This document shows, piece by piece, positions 43,608-55,600 of a DNA stretch of 64,000 nt (positions are counted from its first letter, which is position 1; each line of letters begins with the position of its first letter). The stretch is from Klebsormidium nitens (taxonomy: Eukaryota; Plantae; Klebsormidiophyceae). The notes below the pieces were generated by a model. It worked only from the letters and a program-made list of their open reading frames with translations, searched no databases and was not told the DNA's origin. Made by a program: the position numbers and the translations under genes. Location of the stretch: assembly GCA_000708835.1 (NCBI GenBank), contig DF237017.1, forward strand, positions 78,987 to 142,986, given 5' to 3'.

Positions 43608-46600
43608 TCATTCCTCCCCTTGCCTTAGAGCCGCGTCCCTGCGCGCTTCCGCCGCCAAAGCCGCAGCCTCTCCTGGCGCCACGTGTCCCATCACCTGACC
43701 CTCAAGCCCACTATCTTCGCTTGCCGACTGTAACATGAGCGCCCCGTCCGCCACGTCACCATCCACGTGCCTTTCATCCTCTCCTTCTTTGCCAAACAGC
43801 GACCCGAGGTCTCTGAGCGTCAGAGCGTCCTCCGCCCGCGTTTTCCGGAGCCCCATAAGCTCTCCCCCGTCCGCCTCCGCCTTCTTCTTCCCGAGCGCCA
43901 AAACCCCCTCCTCCACCGACCCCTCGATGATGAACCGGTGGACGAACGTCGGGCGCATTTGGCCGATTCGGTGCACTCTCCCAACCGCCTGCGCCTCGGC
44001 CCCCGGGTTTAGCAGAGGTTCCACCAAAACCACGTGCTGAGCTTCGACGAGGTTTAGGCCGTTTGCGCCCTGCGCGATCGGAAGCAAAAGCGCGCGCGCG
44101 CCCGCGGGGAAGGGTTTCCGGAAGCGCTTGATGGCGGGGTTTAGGCCGGCGCGGCCCTTGGCGCGCTCGAAGGGGACGCCGTTGGAGCGGAGGGCGTGGG
44201 CGACTAGGTCGAGGACGTCGTGCCACGTGGAGAAGATGAGGAACTTGGCGGCAGGGTCCTGCACGAGAAGGAAAAGCAGGTCTCAGTTTATGTGGGTCGA
44301 GATCAGTGGGAATGTACTTCAGCAGAGTGGCACGCTGAGCGACATCCTGAGAGTCTTTGATCAACCGAACGGTTCAAAACCGGAGGAATTGAAGACTCCA
44401 AACCAAAAGTGACCTGCTCAAGAAGGAAACGAAGGTTTGGACCAGAAAAATAAATGCTTTGGCATTTGGCTCAAACCTGTTGCTCGCACTCAAGATAGAA
44501 CAAGTAGATTCACAACTGAAAACTTCAAAGAGACTCACATTTTCCGACACCCAAAGTACCCTCCGCACAACGGCATCCATCTTGGTTGACAGAGACCCTT
44601 TGACTTCCACCCGGTCCTCTACTCCGACCGCTTCTAGCTGAGTCTTGGCACCGCCTGCACCGCCCGGTTTTCGTACTCCGGCCACTCCGTTCACGACGGC
44701 TATGTCGCCCACGTACGTCTTTTGGCGGCAGGTTGGACACGTCAGCTTCCGGCGGTCGGGGGAGGAAGCGGAAGGGGCGGGGCCCAGGCGTTCGATCATC
44801 TTCAGTGCACATCTAAACGGAGCGGGAAATGAACGGTGCGAGACAAGTATTATACTTATTTCTGAAGCTGATGATAGAAAAAAACGACTAAATTGCCTGA
44901 TGTTCATTTTGGATGAGGGAAAAAGGAGAAGCTACCGGTCGGAAAAGTTTGCATATGAGAGTGGAACGATTGACTGCGACTGCCATACCCTTTGATCATC
45001 ATAAGAGACTGGTTAAATTCGCTCGCGATATGCTAAGGGGTGAAGCCGGCTCGAGCACAATCAAGACCAACCCCATCCTATTCCACACGAGCTCGACAGC
45101 TTCTTTTTAGCTCGCCCCCCCCCGGATTTACAACCCACCCACGTCTCTACCCTATTATCCAGATTGCCTTCATGCTCAACCGAAAATGGTTTCGGAGAAA
45201 CTACTCACTTGCAGCACAGCATGTGACCGCACGGTAGGACCATCAGCTCCACTCCCAAGCGCTCCTGGCACACGGGACAGATCTCGTCACTGCCCAGTAG
45301 ATCCTTCCCCAATCCGCTACTGCTCCCCGGCGCGGCGGTAGCAGGCGGCACCGCTTGGTCGCTTGTGCTCGGTCGAGACCCCCCCATGCTAGTGCTCTGT
45401 TGAGACCCCCCCGGGTTACTGCTCGGTTCAGACCCTCCCGGGTTAGTGCTCAGTTTTGATCCCCCCGGGTTAGTGCTCCCCGGGTCAGTGCTCGGTTCAG
45501 AGTCTCCAGGGGACTCGATGCTGGCACTGCTTCCGGGAATGGATCCCTTGCCCAGGCTGCCAGGGCTGCCCGGTTGAGAAGGACCGAGCACTTCCTCGGA
45601 AGACAGGTTGCTTGGACTGTCCAGCGTCAAAGCCCTCCCCCCGATCGAGTTTGCTTTTGCATCAGCAGCTAAGTTTGAAGGAGATCCGCCTCCGTCAGCG
45701 GCTTCAGCCGGCAGCGCATCTGGACGTTTTGGAGCGTCGGAGGGGCCGGGACCGCTGGACGCCGCAGAGGCTGCTCGATCGCGCGTCTCTTTGAGGGTCT
45801 GCATGGCGACAAACAGTGCAGCTTCTACTCACAAGGATTGAAACTTGAAACGCATATCGATCCCGGTATCGATTGTCGTTCTTCTCGATAAGTGCATTGT
45901 ATCACATGATCGTCGCGATCAGAGTCATGGTGACGTCTGGCCCCATCTGAGGCACGATGGCATCGCCAACGGAGAAATCCCCCTGACCTTTACCACCATA
46001 AGGTTCCGAGACCGATGAAGAAACAACTTTCATCGCTTGCTTCGACATTCAACGCTTCAGCTAGGCCGCACTCCCAAATTGGCCGGCGAAATCTTTGAGC
46101 AACTTTCAAATCCAAATCTATACCTTCAGATACGTCAACGAACCCTTGCGCTTCTTCAGGTCCTCCTGCGCCGCAAACTTCTCGCTCGTGAACCGGGCGT
46201 TCATCACCGGAATTTCAAATTTCTGCACGGTAACGTTCTTTTCGACCTCCGACTCGAACGTTTCACCCGGCAGCCGCAGCCGCACCCGAGTGACCGCCAT
46301 GCCTAGTTCGTCGAGCGCGTACAGAAGCGCGCGCTGCGCGCCCGCCAGGAGCCGCGCCTTGAAGAACTCGCGGCGCATGCCCTGCGTGACACGTGGATGA
46401 GTTCGGAGAAACTTAGCCGCAACCCTGTCTAATAACATCCAAGACATCGAGCAAAGGAAGGGTATCAGAAAACGAAGTAAACGATTGTAACACGTTCGAT
46501 CATATGAGCAAAAACACCTTCACTGCCTCTGCAAGAAAAGTGCTGACGTTCACTTTGTATTCGAACAGCTTTGGAGGGAGGAGCAAGAACCGTTGCTGAG

Positions 46601-49600
46601 AGTAATGTGCGTCCGAACCTTATTTCAACACTGCAAGTGAAAATGCACCATTTGAAATGTTGCGCAACTCCAGAGGAGAGCGCACTCAAGCTTCAGCTTG
46701 AACAACGAAAGCAGATATAAGATCCGGAAAATGGACAACGCTCACCTCCATCGCCTCCAGATGCTTCTTGGCAGCTCTGACGGCTCCTTCTCCGCTGTTT
46801 GCGCCACTGTTGCGCCGCATGAAATCCAGGATGCAGCGTAGGATCCTTTCGGCGTCCGAGGGCGCCCACGAGGTCTGGACGTCCGCAGCGGTCGAAGCCA
46901 TGCCCTGCTGACGCGAGCGTGGCGTTAGCCAAAACTTCGAAAGAGTTCATCAAGCCCCTTCCAGCTCCGAAATGCTTTCTGACAACCTCCAGTGATGCTT
47001 AATACAAAAGAATAATCCGAAGGCGAACCGTGCACGGCAACTGAGCGTTCTCTGTCGTCGTACGTTTTCACTGCTATCCTCCATCACGAATTTGCCAGAT
47101 GTTAACAATTCGAGGAAAACGAAGGAAAAAGCAAGAGATTACACAGCTTATGATCAATGCAAACGAGAGAGTTTGCCCTAAAATCGGATCGCCTACCGGG
47201 GTTTCCTCCACACCACCGAGAGGACACAAAGGAAGCAGTAAAGTGAACCAGAAGCACCGGAAAGAAGACGTGGCACATCCAACGGCGGGACCAGGGGGCT
47301 TGCCGCAGGACCTCTTTATCAAAGGCAGGACACTAACCACGAAGCAACCAATACAGAAGGAAACGAGAGAGGATGTTCGAGGCTGGCTTAGGACATGCCA
47401 CGCGTCACCTTTGTGTTGAAAGCATAGGGATGAGGTCATTGGTGAATCCATATGCCGAATGCCGGTGCATATGGCCGGAAGTGCAAAGAGCGGGTTCGAG
47501 ACTGTGCTTGATAAGCAAACATAGGGGCTATGAGAGGTTCCCGGCACCGGTGTCTGGGTGTCTTGGTCATGGTTATATCAACCGAAAGGGGACGGTTGAA
47601 AACGATTGAAACGCTCGCCTGGCGGAGCCCTTTGCCGGCGTCGTCCCACAGCTGCGGCCCCTCTTGCGGCGGCTTGTCGACGTCGCCCTTGATGCCCGCC
47701 ACAAAGTGGGCGCGGCCGCGCGCGAACTTCTTGGACTGCGCCGAGATCGCCTCCTCAGCTGTGCGGAGCAAGATGTGATGCTCTGAGAGCTTTGGACGGG
47801 AACTCTGGAAACAACGGCAAGGGTAGAGAAGTGCCGGCGAGAATGGCAAAACCCAGCAGCCTCCAACTCCAAGATTGACATGGGTGGGCTTTTGATACCC
47901 GCCTAAGAGGAGGCGGCCCCACGAACGAGCTAAGTTGCGCCGAGATGGTCTTTTCAGCTTGACGTAAACATGCGCAGGATTCTGGGGTTCTGAACAAATT
48001 TGAAGGAGGACAAGTGGGCGTCGCAGTCCCAACTCAAGCTCCTTTCTTCGACAACGGACAAAAGCTCCCTCTTTGTTTTCTAACAGCTGCTGCCGCTTTC
48101 ATTGAGGTAAAGCAGACAAGTGGGTGCAGTTGGCCGCTTAAAGTTGGCCACTTAAAAAAGGCCATTACATTTGGAAGAAGGCCGACCTTTGAACGGCAGT
48201 ACTTTCCTGTCGACGAAACCTGTGAATTCCTTGATCAACGGGCCCCAAGCTCTGAGCACCATTTCGACCCAAGTCGTGTTTGTTTTGGAGCTTGAACGGT
48301 CAGCATTTGCGGAGGGTGGTTTGTATGCATCCGCAATATAAAGCCTTCTAGCATAGGCATGTAAAACTTTAAGGACTGAAACTTTCGCGCCCACCTGTAT
48401 CGACTATTCCGACCCCCATCGCGTTCACCACGGACTAAACAGCGGGCTTATGCTTTCCAGTATCGGCATCCACGTGTCCAGGAGTTGTGACTGGCTCTAG
48501 ATCACACCAAATCCAAACATTAATCAAGGTTATAGTGAATATCAGTGCGCCCACCTGTGACCACCATTCCGACCCCCATCGCGTTCGCCTTGAGCTTGAA
48601 CAGCCGGCTCTCGTAGTTCTGGAACAGCTCGTCCATCGCACAGTGCGCGCACATCTCCCCGCGCATGTCCGTGTGACACGTGGCGCAATCCCCGGCCCTC
48701 TCGACCAGCTCCTCCGTGGGGGGGCCGCTCAGGGCGTGCAGCGACTCTAGCAGCGCCCCCCTGCTGGCATCAACCGCGGCGAGCTCTGATTGGAGGACGT
48801 ATTGCAAGCCGCCAATGTCACGGAACCTGTAGAGAAATTTTCGAAAGCTCTGCTCCCAGATTCGTATGCTTCCGGTTCTCAGATTTTAAGCAAGTGCTCA
48901 AGATTGTCGCTGTTATTGACGAAATCATGTTGGTAGTCCTTCGCTATTGTTGGAGCGCAGCACTTCCAAGACGATGTCGATCAAGTCCGGATTGGACTCC
49001 CTCTGACAGAGAAATAATGATAAGAAGACCCAGCTAACGAATGTAAATGTCTCGCACAGCTGTAAGCTCGGATGACTCTACAATGCCACAAGCCCCACAT
49101 GTAAGCAACCTTCCGACCTGTTCCTCACGCATTGCAAAATGACCGGCGTTCTTCCGGCGGCTGTCTATCTTGACATCTTCCCACAATTGTGGAAAATGCT
49201 GGTTACCGGAACTCAACATTAATCCGAAAGCAAGGCTCTCGCTCGCCGTAGTGCGAAGTTGCTGAAATTTTCCTCCATTTTGAACGACTTCTATCTGTTG
49301 CGGACAAGCCGACTCTGATGAGATGCCGGAGCTACGAACTGCATGACCCATCGCAAACGTGATTCTTTCGTACCGCAGCGCGAGGTTGCTGGCGTTCTTC
49401 TGGCGGCTGTCAAGATGCCCCCGGTCGTTCTCCAGCAGCTTTTCCTTCACGTAATCCACCAGCGCTTCCTCGTTTCGGGGGGGTAATGCACGCAGGTAAC
49501 CCACCCACCAGCACGACCCCCCGGGCTCGCGTCGACACGCCTCGGTGCTCTCGACCACCTGGTGCAAACAAAGAAGCGCTGTCAGAGTCGTCATCTGTTG

Positions 49601-52600
49601 CTTATCAAGAGCGCTGTCAGACGAATAGATGGACTGAAGGAGTGCTGAAATAAGTTGCAGAAAGGGTCACTTTAAGGGCCCTATTTCTTGGAAAGTGCTC
49701 TCATAGCTTCGATCGGTTTCGGGCAAGCCAACAGAAACGTCCTTGCAATCTGTTCGACGGAGATCTGTACGTCTGACGACAAACAATCTTTACTTGTCAA
49801 AAAGTCAGGGTTAGCCAACAATTCTTGACGCCGGTTGTTAGTCTGCGTTTCGGTCTGTTATCGACTCTTGAGAACATCGGAAATGCTCAGGCTGGGGAAG
49901 AACCAGGGTCGATTTTAAGGCACGCTTAGAAGTTTTATCAGCATGCAGAAGGTTTGCGCTGTGACTGGATGCCTTGAGAAACAATGTCTCAGTCACCCAC
50001 CTCCGTATGCACTTTCTGGTACTCTTTGTCCGCCGCCGCCAGCTTCGCCTGAAAAGCTGCCACGTATCGCCCGCGTATCTCCTCTGCCTCGTCCAATAGC
50101 TTATCGTCCCGCAGCGTCCTCGGCACGTCGGGGGGCAGCTTTACCTCCTGACAACCACCCCCCCCTTCCACCACAATCTCGTCTTGGTCCACCGAACTGA
50201 TCCGTCGCTTCTTCCGCTCTGTTCCGTTGCTTTCCGTTTCCGTTCCGTCCTCTATCTTCCGCTTCCCCTTCCGGTCCTCCTCACCACTTGGCCCTACTAG
50301 CTCCTTTCTCCTCGCCCCTTCCGTTTTCTCCTGATCGGACCCCTCGTTTCCAGTGTTCTCTCCCCCCAGAAGGGCAACCGAAAACGGGTTAGGCCGGTAA
50401 CCAAGCGCCTGCGCCAGGTTATGCAGTGTGTGCAGCTTCTGCAGTGGGTCAGTCCTGATCCCGTCCTTAACCTCGTTTTCCTCAACAACGCCGAGGGCCT
50501 CTCGATACGCTTTGATTGCTGCCGGACGGTCGCCCTCGATCAGGGCCAAGCCTCCGAGCCCGTTCAGGGAGGACACCTGAAAGAAGAAGTGACGACCGTT
50601 TCTAGTGCTTTATCGATGAAGCGGGAACATGGCTCGATAGTCGTTTGATTGGCACTTCTGATGGTCTCAGCATCTCGCAACGCGTCCAAATGAAAGCAAT
50701 CGGCATGAAATCATCCGATGGTCTTCCAAGAAACCCAGCCCTTGGTCCAGCCCTTGGCTTCCCAATCGACGCAGCGGACTCGATGCAACGCGGCTACCAA
50801 GCACTGCGCTGAAAGTTTTGAGAGTATAATCAGAGCCCAGAGGCTAATGCGTCATACTCCAAGGCGCTTCGGCCAATCCACCATAAGGCGCTGCCTTCCT
50901 TCCGTGCCTCACTTAACTTCTGACTCTTTCCCCTTTCCTTCATGCTGTTCAGTCCTCCAATACTTCCAACGCTGTGAACCAGCTCTCTCCCCGAGAATGA
51001 GATTGCAAGGACTCTTGAGTGTGAAACCTGAAGGGATCAAAGAATCCCTACACCCCCGAACCTCTAGCCCCCTGCAGTTATCGCAAACCCACCATGAGGC
51101 GCTGCGCTTCTTCGGCCTCGACGCGCGCCTTCTCCACGAGCACCCCCAGGATCTCCTCCATCGTCATCGGGCTGCGCTGCTGCGTCAGCGACCGGATGCC
51201 GGAACTCCCGACCTGGGCACGTGGCGTCACATGTGATTGCGCAGAAGAAATGATAACGCCTTGAACGAGACACCGTTTGTCAGGGTGAGGTCGCCAATTC
51301 GAAGTTACTTAGTGCAGAACAGCTGCTTCAAGCAACCTGCCAGTTCAAGCGTCGGTCCAGTACTGACTGCATCTAGTCGAGGTCAGATGAGACGAAAGTC
51401 GGCAAAACGCTTAAGAGGAGCTTTTTGGATCTGGCCAAGTTTGTGGCTGCCCTTCAGAGGACCTGCATGCGTAGACACAAATCCATACCGCCGAAAGAGA
51501 GTGCTAGGTCACTGCGTGTGACCTTTGCTCTCCGCCTGGTGCAGCAAACCGTTCTACTGGTCATACACAGGTCTTTTCGCAAATCAATGGCGAGGTATGC
51601 TTCTTCACAATCGGACGTCAGAGCAGACAACCGGAGACAATCGTGCAGGGAACGGCTGTTTCCCAGGCAGGCCCGCCGGCCCACATGCTGACGAGTTCCA
51701 AAGTGCTTACGTCACCAGACTCAGTGGTTACGTCACCAGAGTGACGCCACCCCTCGGTGCGCCTCACCTGCGGGTGGCAACACGCTTGGCGCAGCCGCAG
51801 CAGCGGGACCATCAGCTTGGCCGCCTCGGCGTGCGTCAGCGTTTCGTCAGCAAGATCCTCGAAAGGCGACTCTTCTCTTGCGATTTGGACGCCCTTGTGA
51901 TCGGTAGATCCATCGGACGGCCCAGGATTGCCGCTGGCAGCATCGGACGGCCCCGAAACGGGTCCGGCGGGATCGGATGGTCCAGAATGAGGGGCCGTTT
52001 TCTTGTGAGGATTTTGACGAGACCGTGGCAGGGCAGCCCGCCGGTGCTTGCGGATGACGTCACGGGCCTGAGCGGCGACGACATCGTGCTGACGCCTGCA
52101 AGCCGAAGCGTCGAAGTTGGGGGGGACTGTTGTCGTGAACGAAAAGTTCTGGCCAATGTCGTCATCTGCTCTGGACTGGGGCCTTTCAGCGCCGTGAAGC
52201 AGACAACAGGAAGGAAACATAATTGAACTGAGGCGCCAGAAGTTCCACAAACATTTCCACGATCTGTCGCCATTTGGTTGCATGGTTGGCGCTAGCGGGT
52301 CCCGACGTCAGCAAAACGCCGGTCCGGTTGTTGCGCCGCGCTGTGCTTTCTACCATTGTGCTGATCGCCACATCACCTTTCTCGAGGCGGCTCGAAAAAG
52401 AAGAGTCATAAAGTAATTTCTCAACGTCTGAAGGTGAGCCGCACTTTCCACTGCAGGTGTGCAACTGAGAAGCACGGTTATCCACCCCCGTCGTTCGGGT
52501 CAGCTTAAAAGAGACTTTGAACAAAGGAGAGCGTGAGCTGATGTGACTGGGCTTCAATCGCTCTTGCAAAACCGAGCCTCGACGGCAGCGCAGCCAATCA

Positions 52601-55600
52601 ATGCGCTCTTGGTGCCTCAGGCCATGTCCCTCAACCAAACGGACAGCTGAGACAATATGAGATATTTTAAAATGACCGGACGTTAACTTTGTACAAATGA
52701 CAGTGTTCCCACCTGTAGAAGTGGGCCTCGACGGCGGAGAAGCGCAGGCGGTCGATGCGCTCCTGCTGCGGCGGCAGCCCGATCTCGTCCTGAACGTCGG
52801 CCTTTGAGTTGCGCCACATCAGCGCCCGTAGGAATACGTGGGCCCTCCGTTTGGCCGCCACGTGGCCAGCCTGGAGGAAGAAGAAAGGTATTGTCAGTGC
52901 TATAATCTACAAAGTCGAGGTAGCTCTGTCCTGTTTATGACGCATCACGAGCTCTTCGAGTATGTTGCGCGAGACTGATGAAGCAACCTGTTACTTTTCA
53001 AGGACCTGGAACCTGATCAAAGCACAGCTTAACCTCAAATCAACGAGCATGTTAAGTCAGTCGCACGTCCGGGTTGTTCTGGAAGCATTCTGTACACTTT
53101 TTGAAGCAACCTTGCTGGTCATTAACGTGAGCACTCTATCATATGGGTGCTGGCATCTGCAAAACTGAGCAATCCCAACGAAACTCGAGGATTCTGACAA
53201 GTTTGATTGTTGAGTTGGGTATATAAAGGATCTGACCAATAGACTTGACCGATAAGGTAGCTTCGAATGCCACTTTTAAGAGTCTACGGAACCTTCGTCA
53301 GGACAGGGAAGTCTTGGGGGCAAAGTGAACTAGGAGGCAACCATTACTTGCACAGGACGAGAAAGCTGGAGACAAAGATGAGCGCACCTCGTAGGGGCCC
53401 TGGAATGCCCGGTTCCACCAGAACCGCGAGTCGAACGGGTCCGCTCGCAGGAACTTGAGCAGTCCGTAGAGGTCCTCCAAGCCGCGCTGGATGGGGGTGC
53501 CGCTGATGCACCTGAACACGGATGCAAAAGATCTGGGAACTTCGGGGATTCCTTCTGCTCAAACGATCCTGACGGCGGCAGGATCAGTGCCTTGCCACAG
53601 TCCGACGAGGCTTAGCGTGAGCGCAAGGTTTTGAAGCTTTTCCAGAATTCAAAATCTAAGGACATCAAAGCTCACGATTAAGCCACCCTCAGACAGTGAA
53701 TCTCTGTACCGGTTCCTTCCTCGAGCGCCATCGCCTGCTTAAGTACTAGATCCTTCATCGTGTTATCATACTCCCCGGCCGGCAGAAAAAAGCGCCCGCC
53801 AGCCTGCTTTCCATCCATATACAAACACTTGATTTGCATGCCCAAGATGATACTAGACACAAAAACAGGCACAATTATATACCCACCACCGGTTGACGGC
53901 CCGCAGCTTGAGCGCCATCTCCGTCGCCTTTGCTGTGCTGCTCTCGACCATTTGCGCCTCGTCCAGGCACACGCGCCACCACGTCAGCCGCGTCAGAGGG
54001 GTGGGCACCACTTGGTACCGCTTCTTGGACCGCAGGGCCCGTCCGCCTACACGAAACCGACACGTGTTATAAGCTGGTAAAGAGTGGTTTCAAGCGTCGA
54101 CTCTTACAGCCAAGGCGGTTCCTTGCCGTAGTATGTCAGGAGGGCAGAATTACATTGGTCAATGGCCTGCATTCTAATTGAAGATGTTTGGGGTGAGGTT
54201 GACTGGATGGAGTAGACGGCTGGCAGCAGATCGAAAAGAAGCCGTTTGTGAAACCGAAAGTGACCGCTCATAGAACACGGGCTCTGCGAGGAGAATGGTA
54301 CCATCGAACGTATACGTATACTCAATGCTTTTGCAGACCATGCCACGAGGATTTTGGAGGTACCAAAATTCGAAAGTCCTGACATCCTTTCGGTCGTTTG
54401 GAAGCTGCCTGCCTCCTAATTGCGTCAGAAATCGAAACGAGCACGCGTCTCGACGTAACACGGTGGCTCAAAAGGATTCGGGATTGTTTGAAGGCGTTTT
54501 TAGAAGACAGCCATGCGTACCCTTCGCGAATCTCAGAGAGAAAGCCTGGCCAAAGAAACTCTCTGAAAGAAAATGGGGGTCTAGGTAACCACGCCCTCAA
54601 AGCGTTACCGAGCTCTCTATCAAGGCGAGTACATCCAATCTCGTGTCCAAGCTTTTAAAAATGATCACAGAAGCATCATAGCAGTACATTGCTCACCTGC
54701 CTCGCCCCACCCTGCCGGCTCGTGCGCCAAGTCCGCCCTCAGCGCATCGTACGTCGTCAGCACGACGTCAGCCCTGGCGAGGTCGTGAGCGCCCACCACG
54801 GCCGACGCCGCGCCGCCTGCTGACGTCAAGTCCGCGTCAGCATCGGTCTTCGAGGGGTTTGCGGCCCGTTGGACCCCTTCGTAAACGACGACTTTGACAG
54901 CGCCGGGGCGGGTGTGCCTGCAGAACACCCGAGCGGTAAATGACTGATAAGTTATCAGCAGGTCTAACAGATTGCATATGGAGCGAAGTTGAAAATTGGA
55001 CTTGATATGGACGGGAGAAAGTCTAGATATCCTGCCCTAGCAACGGTCGAATACGTCAATCCGTTTCACCCAATGCCCAACTCACAAGAACCGGACTGGT
55101 TCTTGATCCAAGCGGTTGTGCTTGTGGACCACTCTAGCTTGGAGACACAGGCTGTCGTGATTCAGAACAACACGTACTTGAAAACGTAAGTGCATAAGAG
55201 CTGTCCTAAAGAACGCGCCCACTCAACATCTGATACCCTGCAGTCTTCATCTGGAGACGACTCCCAGAAGTTCAGGTTTTCCAAAAGCCACCCTTCAGTG
55301 TTTGACAACACGTAAAGAAAGCAATGAGCTCAGCTTTGGCTGTGCTCACTTGGCAATCTCCTCCCGCCACTGCTGCAGGATCGCGGTCGGGCACACGATC
55401 AGCGTGGCCCCAACCTCTCCCTCCACTCGCACTCCCCCCAGGAGCGCCGAACACTCCCCGCACGTAAACGGCACATACGAGTCTTCCTTGACTGTCCCCA
55501 AGCTCGTTCCCTCGCTCTCCGCTGTCCGTTTCCGCTTCAGAGTCCGCCGGCTTCCGTCCTGTCCGCCGTCGGTTGGCTCGTTTCCGCTGACGGCGGGTGC

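Noticed and set aside
44440-44480. Intronic EPNAKAFIF resembling the next SHPRH exon start (DPAAKFLIF) as another duplication
   Set aside because: The nucleotide similarity is too weak to separate from chance by eye.
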